From Anaerolineae bacterium (GTDB taxonomy: Bacteria; Chloroflexota; Anaerolineae; Aggregatilineales; Phototrophicaceae): a stretch of DNA of 64,000 nt. Under the pieces are notes generated by a model. The model ran no database searches, was not told the origin of the DNA, and saw only the letters and a program-made list of their open reading frames with translations. The translations under genes and the position numbers were made by a program. The number at the start of each line of letters is the position of its first letter. Within the stretch, counting starts at the first letter, position 1. Location: assembly GCA_022843745.1 (NCBI GenBank), contig JALHNB010000002.1:224044-288043 (forward strand), in the 5' to 3' direction. Of this stretch, positions 31,080 through 41,800 are shown in pieces.

Positions 31080-32921
31080 ATGTTTGATCTTCTTGTACCC
31101 GCATTTGTTATCCTTTTCGCCGTCGTTTTTCTGGTGTTCTTACCCAGTTTAACGCTCGGCCTCGTGATTATCGGCGAACGGCAGGTGGGCGTCGTCGTGA
31201 AAAAATTCTCCACCAAACAGAGTAAGCTTCCAGCAGGCCAGTTACTTGCGCTCAATGGGGAGCCTGGTTATCAGGCCGATACGCTTGCGCCGGGTTGGTA
31301 TCTCGGTTACTGGCCCTGGATGTACAGCGTACAAAAAGTGCCCGTTGTCGTGATTCAACAGGGCGAAATTGGTCTGGTAGTCGCCGCCGATGGTCAATCC
31401 ATCCAATCGGAGAATATGCTGGCGCGGATGGTCGATAGCGACAATTTCCAGAACGCACGCAAATTTTTGATGAACGGTGGTCAAAAAGGTCGTCAAGTGG
31501 GCATCCTGACAGCAGGCACTTACCGCATCAATACGGCGCTGTTCACCATTATTACCACGAACAATGCCGCACAGCATGACATGAGTCCCGATAATTTGCG
31601 CGTCTATTCGATTGAACCGGATAAAGTTGGTATTGTGACCACGCTCGATGGCAGACCGATCAGCGAGGGTGAAATCGCCGGGTTGTATCTCGATGGTCAT
31701 GATAATTTCCAGAACGCGCAGGCATTTATCAACAATGGCGGTCAGCGTGGTCTGCAAGAACAAATCTTGCTCTCTGGCTCGTGGAATCTCAATCCCTGGT
31801 TTGTGCGTGTTGAGCAGGTTGCCATGACTGAAATTCCGATTGGTTATGTCGGCGTTGTGATCTCATTTATCGGTAAGGCGCACCAGGATGTCAGCGGCAC
31901 CGATTTCAAGCATGGCGATCTGGTCAATGTGGGACACAAAGGTGTCTGGGCGACTCCGCTTTACCCCGGCAAGCACCCGATCAACACGCGCGTCATGCGT
32001 GTCGAGCTTGTGCCGACGACCAACATCGTCCTGAACTGGGCGCAGCGTACCGAAGAACACAATTATGACTCGCGGTTGTCGTCGATTACCGTGCGTTCGC
32101 GCGATGGCTTCGGCTTCGATCTGGACGTTGCGCAGGTGATCCATGTCGGCGCACTGGATGCTCCAAAAGTGATCTCGCGCGTCGGCTCGGTGCAAAATCT
32201 CGTCGATCACGTCTTGCAGCCCATTGTCGGTAACTACTTCCGCAACGCGGCGCAGGCTTCTACTGTGCTCGATTTCTTGAGCGCTCGTAGTGAACGTCAG
32301 GCCGAGGCTGCTGAACATATTGGCCGCGCGATTCAGGCTTACGATGTGCAGGCTCTTGATACGCTGATCGGCAATATCAATCCGCCTGCCGCGCTGATGC
32401 AAACACTGACGGATCGTAAGATTGCCGAGGAGCAGCGCAAGACCTATGAAGTGCAGCAGGAAGCGCAGACTCAGCGTCAGGAATTGGTGCGCGAAACCGC
32501 CCTGGCCGATATTCAGCAGGAAATGGTCAAGGCCGAGCGTGGCGTGAGCATCTCCGATTTGCACTCGCAGTCGCAGATCAAGCAGGCGACAGGTGAGGCA
32601 GAGTCGATCCGCTTGCGAGCGCAGGGTGAAGCCGAGGCTATTCGTGCCAAAGGTGCTGCGCAGGCTGATGCCTACCATGCAGGTGCAGAAGCAATGGGTT
32701 CGCAGGGATTTACAGCCGTACAGTTGATGCAGATCATCGGCGAACGCAATGTGCGCATCATCCCGGACATTACCGTCAGCGGTGGCGCTGGTGGCAATGG
32801 CGGCGGCACAGGCAGCATGGTCGAGGCCTTACTCGGCGTGATTTTGCGCAATGAGTTGGCACAAAAAGCCGCACCCGTGAACGGGCATAACGGAACGCCA
32901 GCCACGGAAACAAAAGAATAA
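31080..32921 (+). CDS. Flotillin-like SPFH/band-7 family protein (YqiK-type)
   Basis: N-terminal TM helix, an SPFH domain, a long Ala/Glu/Gln-rich coiled-coil (EAQTQRQELVRETALADIQQEMVKAER...), and a Gly-rich tail. Confidence 0.8.
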   Translation: MFDLLVPAFVILFAVVFLVFLPSLTLGLVIIGERQVGVVVKKFSTKQSKLPAGQLLALNGEPGYQADTLAPGWYLGYWPWMYSVQKVPVVVIQQGEIGLVVAADGQSIQSENMLARMVDSDNFQNARKFLMNGGQKGRQVGILTAGTYRINTALFTIITTNNAAQHDMSPDNLRVYSIEPDKVGIVTTLDGRPISEGEIAGLYLDGHDNFQNAQAFINNGGQRGLQEQILLSGSWNLNPWFVRVEQVAMTEIPIGYVGVVISFIGKAHQDVSGTDFKHGDLVNVGHKGVWATPLYPGKHPINTRVMRVELVPTTNIVLNWAQRTEEHNYDSRLSSITVRSRDGFGFDLDVAQVIHVGALDAPKVISRVGSVQNLVDHVLQPIVGNYFRNAAQASTVLDFLSARSERQAEAAEHIGRAIQAYDVQALDTLIGNINPPAALMQTLTDRKIAEEQRKTYEVQQEAQTQRQELVRETALADIQQEMVKAERGVSISDLHSQSQIKQATGEAESIRLRAQGEAEAIRAKGAAQADAYHAGAEAMGSQGFTAVQLMQIIGERNVRIIPDITVSGGAGGNGGGTGSMVEALLGVILRNELAQKAAPVNGHNGTPATETKE

Positions 32922-32974
32922 AATCGGGATTGTAGGGGCGGCTCAACGAACCGCCCCATGTGATTTCTCGTCTT

Positions 32975-33487
32975 TCATGAAATGGGTTCGCCGTTGTTGA
33001 ACGACAGAAGGAAATCCTGTTCTTCCGGTCGGTGGTGCTCGCGGAATTGATCCTGTGCGTAACGCTCGATAACCTTGCGCCAGAAGGCCAACGCGTCGAG
33101 ATTCGTATCAACAATAGTGATTTCCCATTGACCCCGAAACTGTTTGAAAAGCTGTTCGGCAATCGAAGCGCCAATTCCCTGCTTCTGATAAGGGGGCATG
33201 ATATAGAATTCGGAAATCTCATTCACGGTCTTCACACTCCCTGGCGCTTCAGGAATGCCAATATCAATAATAGCAAAGCCTGCCAATAACTTGTTCGTAT
33301 AGATTAGAAAGATGCGCCGGTAGAGGTCATCCCAACAATCCTCCAAGTCTGTTTCGGCAAAGCGTCCGTCGTGTTGAACCCGCCATTCGGTGGTAAAGCG
33401 GCTAAATTCATAAAGATAGAACTGATAGAGATTTCTCAAAATTATGTCGTGTTCCTGCATGGTTGCAGGAATCAGTTCGATAGCCAT
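32975..33487 (-). CDS. GNAT family N-acetyltransferase
   Basis: Acetyl-CoA-binding motif QKQGIGASIAEQL; 170 aa. Confidence 0.8.
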   Translation of the reverse strand: MAIELIPATMQEHDIILRNLYQFYLYEFSRFTTEWRVQHDGRFAETDLEDCWDDLYRRIFLIYTNKLLAGFAIIDIGIPEAPGSVKTVNEISEFYIMPPYQKQGIGASIAEQLFKQFRGQWEITIVDTNLDALAFWRKVIERYAQDQFREHHRPEEQDFLLSFNNGEPIS

Positions 33488-33490
33488 GTG

Positions 33491-33838
33491 TTACCCATTC
33501 GGTTTGGGCGTCGTCTCAGGTGGAGACGGCGCGGAGGAAGGCGGTGTCATCGGACGCGAAATCGGACGCTTCTGCCGTTTAAAAACGCAAAAGTAGCGAT
33601 TGCTCCAACGGGGCGCACCCTCAAACAAAATATCGCCATTGCCACCGACTTTGGCGACAGGCTCCATGTGAACCAGTTCCCAGCCTTCATCGCCCAGTTT
33701 ATCCAGTTCCGGCATCATGCTTTCCGGCGAGAACTTGGGCAGATTTTTTTTATTGGGCAGACGCTCTTTGAGATATTCTTTGGCTTCCTTCGTGGCGTTG
33801 GCTTCGATAAAGGTCGTAAAATATTCCCACTTTTCCAT
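33491..33838 (-). CDS. DUF4177-like small protein
   Basis: MEKWEYFTTFIEA...LDKLGDEGWELVHMEP pattern. Confidence 0.45.
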   Translation of the reverse strand: MEKWEYFTTFIEANATKEAKEYLKERLPNKKNLPKFSPESMMPELDKLGDEGWELVHMEPVAKVGGNGDILFEGAPRWSNRYFCVFKRQKRPISRPMTPPSSAPSPPETTPKPNG

Positions 33839-33857
33839 ATGATGCCCCCATTGTGGA

Positions 33858-34448
33858 TTAATCAAAAATGCTGGCGACAGTGATTTCAAAGCCAGGGATG
33901 ACATCGCCCCCGGTTAGCTTGTCCTCACCGGATAAATTGGTTTGCTGCTTGCTGCCCAAGAGATGAACGGAAACAGTTTTTGTTTGTGGATCAACAACCC
34001 ATACGATTTTGATCCCATCGCTCAGGTATCTGGTTATTTTTTTACTTATCTCGGTGTAATTATCAGTCGGTGAGACGACTTCTACAACCAGATCAGGGAT
34101 CATCATCAAGGGCAAAGTTCGATACCCTTTGGTATCGGATTTATAGGCGGCGAGTTTTTCGGCGCGAAAGTACATCACATCCGGTACGCGCGACCCTTTT
34201 ACCCACTGAGGTGAGTAGGTATCTGGCAAAATAAATGGGATTTCCATATAGGCATTTCCCAATTTGCGGGGTATCGCATAGAGCTTGAGTGCTGTCATGA
34301 GGGTATCCGCAATCTCACTCGGCCCAAATACGCTAGGACTCATCTCGATAATCTCCCCGTCGATAATTTCAAATGGTCCTTCTTCGTCGTAACGCTGGGC
34401 AAATTCTTCAATGGTCATCACTCTTGTTTGGATTGGTATATCAGCCAT
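33858..34448 (-). CDS. Uma2-family (DUF820) PD-(D/E)XK nuclease-like protein
   Basis: PDLVVEVVSPTD motif and overall Uma2 architecture. Confidence 0.75.
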   Translation of the reverse strand: MADIPIQTRVMTIEEFAQRYDEEGPFEIIDGEIIEMSPSVFGPSEIADTLMTALKLYAIPRKLGNAYMEIPFILPDTYSPQWVKGSRVPDVMYFRAEKLAAYKSDTKGYRTLPLMMIPDLVVEVVSPTDNYTEISKKITRYLSDGIKIVWVVDPQTKTVSVHLLGSKQQTNLSGEDKLTGGDVIPGFEITVASIFD

Positions 34449-34464
34449 CTTTCATCTCTCGCCA

Positions 34465-36138
34465 CTAGATAAACGTCGGCTCGGCGTAGACCCCGAAAAC
34501 CTCGCGCATCACATCGGTGATTTCGCCCAGTGTCGCGTAGGCTTTTGCCGCCTCAATCAAATAAGGCATGGTATTTTCGTCATTTTCGCAGGCTTGGCGC
34601 AGCGCGTCGAGCGTTTGACTCGCTTTTTCATTATCGCGTTCGGCGCGTAGTTTTTGCAGGCGTGTCACTTGTCGATTATAGCCGTCGGGATCCATTTGCA
34701 GAATCGGAATACGCACTGGTTCGTCGCTGACGTAATCATTCACGCCGACAATCGTGCGTTGTTTAGCATCCGTTTCACGCTGGTAGCGGTAGCTGGCATC
34801 CGAGATTTCCATTTGGAAAAAACCTTCTTCGATAGCAGGCAGTACGCCGCCGATTTCGTCAATCTGCCGGAAATACTCGTAAACAGCCGCTTCGGTCTGG
34901 TTGGTGAGCGTTTCGACAAAATAGCTGCCACCAAGCGGGTCAATCGTGTTAATCACGCCGCTTTCTTCCGCGATGATCTGCTGGGTACGCAGCGCAATCG
35001 TGACGGCGTGTTCACTGGGGAGTGCCAACGCCTCGTCCATGCTGTTGGTGTGCAGCGATTGCGTCCCGCCCATTACCGCTGCCAGTGCTTGAATCGCCAC
35101 GCGCACAATGTTGATTTCCGGCTGCTGCGCCGTCAGGCTGACCCCGGCGGTCTGCGTATGGAAACGCATCAGCCACGAACGCGGATTTTTGGCGCCAAAA
35201 GTTTCGCGCATCTCCCGCGCCCAGATGCGCCGCGCTGCGCGGAGCTTGGCAACTTCCTCAAAAAAGTCGTTATGGACATTAAAAAAGAAGCTCAGACGCG
35301 GTGCGAAGTCATCAATATCCAGGCCGCGTTGCAGCGCCCAGCGCACATATTCCAGCCCATCAGCCAGCGTAAACGCCAATTCCTGTACGGCGGTGCTGCC
35401 CGCCTCACGGATATGGTAGCCACTGATGCTGATCGTGTTCCATTCGGGCATATTTTTCGCACCGAACTCAATCGTATCTGTTACCAGCCGCATCGACGGT
35501 TCTGGCGGGAAAATGTACTCTTTTTGCGCGATGTATTCCTTGAGGATGTCGTTTTGCAGCGTGCCGCGTAGTTTTGACATCGGCACGCCCTGTTTTTCAG
35601 CGGCAGCGATATAAAACGCCCACATAATCGGCGCTGGGCTGTTGATCGTCATACTAGTGGAGACTTCACCCAATGGAATGCCGTCAAACAGGATTTCCAT
35701 ATCCTTGAGCGAACTGATAGCAACACCGCATTTGCCAAACTCGCCCAGTGCTTCCGGCGCATCGGTATCATAGCCCATCAGTGTTGCCAGATCAAACGCT
35801 ACGGATAGCCCGGTATTGCCCTGTTCCAGCAAGTATTTATAGCGAGCATTGGTTTCTTCAGCCGTGCCGAAACCCGCGAACATCCGCATCGTCCACAGCC
35901 TGCCGCGATGCCCCGTCGCGTGAACGCCGCGCGTATAGGGATATTCTCCAGGCATTCCCAGGTCATCGAGATAATCCTGATCGGCGATGTCCAGCGGTGT
36001 GTAAACACGGTTGATCGGTACGCTGGAAGTCGTCATAAATGCATCACGGCTTTCCTGCATCCGCGAGAGCGTTTTTTTGAGCGTGGTCGCCTGCCACTCT
36101 TGGTAGGCTGCGTTTAATTTTTTCGAGTCGAATGTCAT
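34465..36138 (-). CDS. Methylmalonyl-CoA mutase-family catalytic (TIM-barrel) subunit, no B12-binding domain
   Basis: 557 aa with the MCM N-terminal domain throughout ([24 protein letters not shown]...). It ends before the B12-binding module. Confidence 0.9.
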   Translation of the reverse strand: MTFDSKKLNAAYQEWQATTLKKTLSRMQESRDAFMTTSSVPINRVYTPLDIADQDYLDDLGMPGEYPYTRGVHATGHRGRLWTMRMFAGFGTAEETNARYKYLLEQGNTGLSVAFDLATLMGYDTDAPEALGEFGKCGVAISSLKDMEILFDGIPLGEVSTSMTINSPAPIMWAFYIAAAEKQGVPMSKLRGTLQNDILKEYIAQKEYIFPPEPSMRLVTDTIEFGAKNMPEWNTISISGYHIREAGSTAVQELAFTLADGLEYVRWALQRGLDIDDFAPRLSFFFNVHNDFFEEVAKLRAARRIWAREMRETFGAKNPRSWLMRFHTQTAGVSLTAQQPEINIVRVAIQALAAVMGGTQSLHTNSMDEALALPSEHAVTIALRTQQIIAEESGVINTIDPLGGSYFVETLTNQTEAAVYEYFRQIDEIGGVLPAIEEGFFQMEISDASYRYQRETDAKQRTIVGVNDYVSDEPVRIPILQMDPDGYNRQVTRLQKLRAERDNEKASQTLDALRQACENDENTMPYLIEAAKAYATLGEITDVMREVFGVYAEPTFI

Positions 36139-36360
36139 TGCTGACTCCGGTGGATAGCGTTTTTTTCATTATAGCGTCCAAAACCTGCTCTGCGCGATTC
36201 GTAATTCATATTCGCTTAAAGAGCCAGATAAGGATCATTCAGCCGTCTCATTATTTAAGATATGATTAAGGATATTTTAAGAGATTTAATACAAACATAA
36301 ATCCCTGTTAAAATGTTTCGCATAACAAATATCCCTAATCACGAAAATGATGAGCACACA

Positions 36361-37326
36361 ATGACTGAAACAGAAAACATGTCTGTAATTGCCAATTTGA
36401 ACGAACATATCAGCCCCGTTGTTGCCACTGATCCGATGGCTGAGGCCGGACGAAAGGTGCTGTTAACAGAATTTATCAAAATGCTCGACCTCGAAGCGGG
36501 CAGCCGCACGGGTGAGGATATTGAGCATGTCCACAAGATGCGCGTTTCGATCCGCCGGATGCGCAGCGCGTTTCGCTTGATGGAGCCTTACTATAAGCCA
36601 AAAGCGGTTAAGCCATTTGTTGATGAACTGCGGCGAGTCATGCAGGCATTGGGGGCAATACGCGACCTTGATGTGATGATCGACAATCTCGAAGACTTTC
36701 AGACTACGTTGGATGCTTCACAGGTTGAAGCGATGAAAGAAGTGATTGACTCGCTCGATTTGCGGCGGGCGGATGCGCGTAAAGAATTGAAACATATACT
36801 TGATCGCAAGGCATACCGGCGCTTCGTGAAGAGTTTTAGCAAATTTTTGACGACAGCAGAAATGGGCGCAAAATCAATTGACCCAAAAAGCCCCGCGCCT
36901 TATCAACTGCGGCATATTCTCGCGCCCATGATTTATGAGCATCTGTCAGCCGCGCGTGCCTACGACCCCATACTGGCAACGGCTGACATCGAAACGCTCC
37001 ACGCGCTGCGAATCGAATTTAAGCGCTTACGCTATGTCATCGCCTTATTCGGTAACATATTGGGGACGCAGATTCAGGACTTTGTTGAGGAGCTAAAAAT
37101 CATTCAGGATCATTTAGGGCATCTGAATGACATCGACGTTGCCCATGCCAGCCTGAAGGAACTGATGGAAGACCTTGAGGGCGACCAGATCACCGTCCTA
37201 TGGTCATATATTAATCATTTAGAGGCTGAAAAACCTGATCTGCTGGCTCAATTCCCAGAGATTTGGAAGCGCTTTAACGCGAAAACTAATCAGCGTAAAC
37301 TTGGCGCGGCAGTCGCGAACTTGTAA
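36361..37326 (+). CDS. CHAD-domain protein
   Basis: Conserved His-rich helical pattern (HKMRVSIRRMRSAFRL ... RDLDV ... LRIEFKRLRY). Confidence 0.75.
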   Translation: MTETENMSVIANLNEHISPVVATDPMAEAGRKVLLTEFIKMLDLEAGSRTGEDIEHVHKMRVSIRRMRSAFRLMEPYYKPKAVKPFVDELRRVMQALGAIRDLDVMIDNLEDFQTTLDASQVEAMKEVIDSLDLRRADARKELKHILDRKAYRRFVKSFSKFLTTAEMGAKSIDPKSPAPYQLRHILAPMIYEHLSAARAYDPILATADIETLHALRIEFKRLRYVIALFGNILGTQIQDFVEELKIIQDHLGHLNDIDVAHASLKELMEDLEGDQITVLWSYINHLEAEKPDLLAQFPEIWKRFNAKTNQRKLGAAVANL

Positions 37327-37330
37327 GCGC

Positions 37331-39838
37331 TTATTCCGGGGGTTTTGATCGCACCTTTATATTCTCATCGACGCGGAAACCGTCGCCAGCGGGTTCGCCA
37401 TGGATGGTGACAGGGACGCGCTCATTCCCCGATAAACGATAGAAGCCGAACCAGATCGAATAATCGTCGCCTTCGGGTGGGTTCTGATCGGTGATTTTCA
37501 ATAAGCGGTTGTCTACAACATATTCGCCGGGTTCCCAGACGAGCGTCGAATAATAGCGCCCATCCTGCGAATATGTCACCGGGCCGTCCCATGTTGCCCA
37601 GGTATGACCGTTGCTGTCTCGCAGGTGAATATAAAGCATATAATCTTCTGGCGGCGGCGCGAGTACCTGAAAATAAAGCTGCATATAAATGGGTCGCCCC
37701 GGCCAAAAAGTATCCGCACCAATGCCATGCCCGCGGAAACGTGCAAATTCTCCAAACTCGACAGGCACTTCCGGGTCATGGATCATCTGCGGCTCGATAA
37801 AGCGCTTTTGCAGATTTAGCCCATACACATCGTAGCGAAAAATGCCGTCATCTTTCCACCAGGCGTGATGAATCAGATCGCCTTCCGACGGCCCAGCCAG
37901 TGCTAGCGCTGACATAACCTGATTTTGCTGCAAGGGGATTCCATCGTATGTGCCGCTGCCTTCCGGCGAACTGTCGATGAAATAGGTCACGCCATCAAGC
38001 TGGCTCAGGCGCGTGGGCGCTTCGTTGATCCGAATATCGTCTATCGGGAAGAAGAAGGGCAGTCTCCGCACACCCGGCGCGACGACAACCATCGGCGCAT
38101 CATGCTCATCGAGATAAATTTGTAACCCCTCGACAACGCTCATTAGCGCGGGGTTGCCGGACTCGTAACGCGCTTTATCGTCCGGCAGTTTATTCGTCCA
38201 CAGCCAATCCCAGCCTGCGTTCGGATCATAGAGTGTGCTGATAATACCGGGAACGCTGATAACCGCGATACCCGTTAAATAGATAAATTGCAACGCTTTT
38301 GACCATTTTGGCGCAGTGGGAATCCAAAAACTCAAAATGACCGCTGTTGGGAGAATCATCAGCGGCACGATGGCGAATGAGAGGCGGTAGTGATAGCTGT
38401 AAGAATAAAACCATGTTACAAAATAGGGCAGTGCTAAAGCCAATACCCAGCCTAATTTTATCGCGATAGGCCGTGTGGCATCGCTCCGGTGCACTAGCGG
38501 GAATAGCGCCATAAACAGCAGCACTGCACCTGCCGCCAACGCCAGCCATTCGATCACGCCCATACGATGCGGGTTCAAAATCGACGGCAGCAGCCCCGCT
38601 AATACCAGCGCCAAACCGATGAGAATCAAATACTTTGTTTGCGAGATGATGGTTTGTAAGGACAAGACATGTCTTGTCCTTACGGCGTTTTCAAACAGAT
38701 TTTTGCGGTGAACAAAATACAAATACCCCAACAATACCAACAATGCCAGCAGCGGCCAGCCAAACTCGACACCGCTGCGAGCCGCCTGGGTTAGCCAAAA
38801 AGCTGTCGGGAATTCGACGGGTGGGTGCCCAAGCAGGATATTGCGCACGTACCAGATGCCACCCAGCGGGAGACAGGCCAGTCCGGTGATGAGCGCGACT
38901 TCGAATCGAGGTCGCCACGCACGCCAATCGAAACGCACGCGCACCAGATCAATAGCTACCAATAAAACGACACCCCAGACAAACGCGGCGGCTGTCGGCT
39001 TTGTCCACATGGCGATGCCAAAAACTAACCCGGCGATGAGGGCATATCGGCGGCGATAGACATCCCCATTCCACGCCATCAGGAAAAATGCTGCCGAGAG
39101 CGTGAACAAAAATGTCAGCACAATTTCCAGATCGCCAAAACGTGACCATTCGCCCACATGCGGATAGAGGGCCCACATCGCCGCCGCGAAGATTCCGGCT
39201 CGGCGCGTAAACAGGCGCGAACCCATCACATAAACCGCCAGAACGCTGCCAAGATTGAGAAAGGGTAGTACGGCACGTGCGGCATGATCGTTGATCCCGC
39301 CGGCGGCAAGCTGCGTATAGGTGTATTGCAGCGGCAAGAACTGTGGATAATAGCCAATCGTGCTGGGGATATGTCCGAGCAGCGTATAAAGCCGCCCCTC
39401 GTAGCCGTAAACCCACAGTGCATCGTAAACAGTGAAAGGCCAATAGGCGGTGCTGAACCACTGCACAATTGCGGCAGCGGCGATCAGGACGATCAATAAT
39501 TTTTCGTCGATTGCCAGCGGTTGTGAAATTTCGACTTCAGAATTTGACTGGAAACGCCGTTTGCGCCACGCCAAACCGAATCCAACGAGCGCGATTGCCG
39601 CCGTGCCGCCCAACGTATTACCCAACCGGAGCGAATTTTCGCCGATGCTGCCGAGAATAAACATCCATGCCGTCAGCAGCGCCGGGCCAAACGCGAACGC
39701 CAGCGCGATCACCAGAACGCGATCCCGCCAATCCTTGCGCGGCAGAACGGCCAGCGCCCAAGGAATCCCCAGGCCAAAAAACGCCCATAGAACAGCGGGC
39801 GCTGCAGCGAGTGTCGAATAAATCCAGTAGGGCAGCAT
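37331..39838 (-). CDS. Large GT39/ArnT-like membrane glycosyltransferase (835 aa)
   Basis: More than 12 TM helices with GT-C features, then a C-terminal soluble beta-rich domain. Confidence 0.7.
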   Translation of the reverse strand: MLPYWIYSTLAAAPAVLWAFFGLGIPWALAVLPRKDWRDRVLVIALAFAFGPALLTAWMFILGSIGENSLRLGNTLGGTAAIALVGFGLAWRKRRFQSNSEVEISQPLAIDEKLLIVLIAAAAIVQWFSTAYWPFTVYDALWVYGYEGRLYTLLGHIPSTIGYYPQFLPLQYTYTQLAAGGINDHAARAVLPFLNLGSVLAVYVMGSRLFTRRAGIFAAAMWALYPHVGEWSRFGDLEIVLTFLFTLSAAFFLMAWNGDVYRRRYALIAGLVFGIAMWTKPTAAAFVWGVVLLVAIDLVRVRFDWRAWRPRFEVALITGLACLPLGGIWYVRNILLGHPPVEFPTAFWLTQAARSGVEFGWPLLALLVLLGYLYFVHRKNLFENAVRTRHVLSLQTIISQTKYLILIGLALVLAGLLPSILNPHRMGVIEWLALAAGAVLLFMALFPLVHRSDATRPIAIKLGWVLALALPYFVTWFYSYSYHYRLSFAIVPLMILPTAVILSFWIPTAPKWSKALQFIYLTGIAVISVPGIISTLYDPNAGWDWLWTNKLPDDKARYESGNPALMSVVEGLQIYLDEHDAPMVVVAPGVRRLPFFFPIDDIRINEAPTRLSQLDGVTYFIDSSPEGSGTYDGIPLQQNQVMSALALAGPSEGDLIHHAWWKDDGIFRYDVYGLNLQKRFIEPQMIHDPEVPVEFGEFARFRGHGIGADTFWPGRPIYMQLYFQVLAPPPEDYMLYIHLRDSNGHTWATWDGPVTYSQDGRYYSTLVWEPGEYVVDNRLLKITDQNPPEGDDYSIWFGFYRLSGNERVPVTIHGEPAGDGFRVDENIKVRSKPPE

Positions 39839-39880
39839 ATTTGGAATTGAACCACAAAGAAAGTTTGAGATTTTGAGATC

Positions 39881-41221
39881 TCAGCGATTCAAAAACTTCA
39901 CCTTTTGTACAAGAAAATCAATTCCCAGCGCGGCCAGCAAGCCAACCACCGGGTAAACGGGCAAATAGTATCGCTGCCATTCAATCGGTGTCAAGATCAA
40001 TGTCGAAAGCACCGTCACCAGCGCCCACACGCCGACCAGCCAGCGCGTCGAAAACGGAACATCGCTGCGCCGAAACAACGCCCACACGCCGAGGCCAATC
40101 ATAACCAACAGCAGCGCCGCACCCAACAACGAGCCGCCCACGCTTACCCCACGCCAGGGAGACGCTTCGTAGCGGACAATTTGGTCGCCAATAAAACTAT
40201 CCCATCCGGCTATTTCGTAATATTGGGGTAAAACGATCAGGGTTTGTCGCGCGAATGCCGCCAGCGTATCCAGAGGCGTTGGGTAACTGCCGAACACACT
40301 GGTCTGAATATCGAGCAATTCCTGTCGTAGTTCCAGCACCGTTCCGGCGCGGGAAACAGGATCGCCCCACCACGCCGGATTCAGCACATAAAATGCGATA
40401 AGCGCCACAATGCCAGACAAAAATAAAAATATAAACCACAGAGTCACAGAGCGCACAGAGATTTTAAGAGATTTTTCTCCTTTCTCTGTGTCCTTTGTGC
40501 CTCTGTGGTTCAATATTATTCCGGTTATGCAACCAAAAAACACCGCCGCAACGGTGAAAGCCGCTGTATGCTTGCTGGCGAGAGCGAGTCCGCTGGCGAT
40601 GCCTAAGAAAATCGCAGTCCACCACGCCGGATGCCGCAAAAACCAGATGCCTGTCAGAACGGTGAGCAGGATGAAAAAAATAAGGCTGCCTTCCATCATG
40701 GCGCGATGTCCATTGAGAAGGAGTGCCGGATTCAGCGCGCAATACAGGCTGGCGATATAGGCGGTCAGCCGCCCACCGAGCGCTTGTCCAATTGCGAAAA
40801 TCACGACCACACCCGCCGCCAAAAACAGCGCCGACGACCAGCGTGCCGTTAGCAGCAGTTCTGGTGAGGGGGCATGTCCGTTTTGCTGGTTGTAATCCCA
40901 GTCGCCGCCCCAATCCCACTGCTGGTTGATATTTTCGAGTGAAAAGCCACCAAGATGCCATGCCAGCCCAATCAGATATTTGTTAATCGTGCCGTTGAGC
41001 AAGCGTAAATGCTGCTCGGTGTCGCGCTGTGGCGGATCGCTGTAGGCAATAAGGCTCAAATCACGCTGCATGAATTGATAGGCGTAATCGCGGCTCATAA
41101 AAATCTGCGTCGATTCGTCGGCGTGAAAAGGTGTTAGCGATGTCCCAGCGAGGATGTAGAGGATGAGCAGCAAAAGCCAGATGAAATCAAATCGTCGCCC
41201 ATTTAAGCGCAAAACGTTCAT
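39881..41221 (-). CDS. GT39/PMT_2-like membrane glycosyltransferase, short paralog of 6897-8276
   Basis: TPFHADESTQIFMSRDYA, LRLLNGTINKYLIGLAWHL, LNPALLLNGHRAMMEGS, ASKHT and WQRYYLP motifs are collinear with 6897-8276. Confidence 0.7.
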   Translation of the reverse strand: MNVLRLNGRRFDFIWLLLLILYILAGTSLTPFHADESTQIFMSRDYAYQFMQRDLSLIAYSDPPQRDTEQHLRLLNGTINKYLIGLAWHLGGFSLENINQQWDWGGDWDYNQQNGHAPSPELLLTARWSSALFLAAGVVVIFAIGQALGGRLTAYIASLYCALNPALLLNGHRAMMEGSLIFFILLTVLTGIWFLRHPAWWTAIFLGIASGLALASKHTAAFTVAAVFFGCITGIILNHRGTKDTEKGEKSLKISVRSVTLWFIFLFLSGIVALIAFYVLNPAWWGDPVSRAGTVLELRQELLDIQTSVFGSYPTPLDTLAAFARQTLIVLPQYYEIAGWDSFIGDQIVRYEASPWRGVSVGGSLLGAALLLVMIGLGVWALFRRSDVPFSTRWLVGVWALVTVLSTLILTPIEWQRYYLPVYPVVGLLAALGIDFLVQKVKFLNR

Positions 41222-41305
41222 GAATTTCTCTGAGCCTTCGCTGCTTTGAGCTTGAGCGTTCATGCTTCGGGCTTTTGATGAAAGCTGATGGCTGACCGCT
41301 GACCG

Positions 41306-41800
41306 CTAAACAATCGTGATGAGCACCTTTTTCTGTTCGACGGTCTGACCTGCTGCGACACTGACGCGCTGTACAACGCCATCGCGCGGCGCTTTCAGTT
41401 CGTTCTGCATCTTCATCGATTCGAGAATGATAACGGTTTGCCCCGCCGTCACTGCCTGGCCTTCCTCGACTGTCACGGCGACAATCATGCCCGGCATGGG
41501 CGATTTGATCGAGACTTCGCCTGTTTCGGCGACTTTTCCGCCGTGCCGCGAGAGCATCAACTGAGCGCGTTCGTCCAGCACTGCGCCCTCGTACAGCCGC
41601 CCGCCCATCAGCACTTCATAGGCACCGTCACGCTCCTCGATGACGACTTCGAGCGAGTGACCGTTCATGATGATCGAATACAATGAGGGTGTCAGCGAGA
41701 GAAAATCGACCTCGCGCGGCTGACCGTTGACGAGGACGCTGCCGTCGTTCTGAATTTCGATCTCAAATTTCTTGTCTTTGATCGTGGTAATGTACTTCAT
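41306..41800 (-). CDS. Biotin carboxyl carrier protein (biotinyl domain)
   Basis: EAMKM-type motif (ILESMKMQNE) in the C-terminal biotinyl domain. Confidence 0.8.
   Translation of the reverse strand: MKYITTIKDKKFEIEIQNDGSVLVNGQPREVDFLSLTPSLYSIIMNGHSLEVVIEERDGAYEVLMGGRLYEGAVLDERAQLMLSRHGGKVAETGEVSIKSPMPGMIVAVTVEEGQAVTAGQTVIILESMKMQNELKAPRDGVVQRVSVAAGQTVEQKKVLITIV

Noticed and set aside
36361-37326. CHAD protein as part of a fused CYTH-CHAD polyphosphate module with the CYTH gene at 51241
   Set aside because: The two genes are 14 kb apart on opposite strands, so there is no evidence of functional linkage. Each is listed separately.
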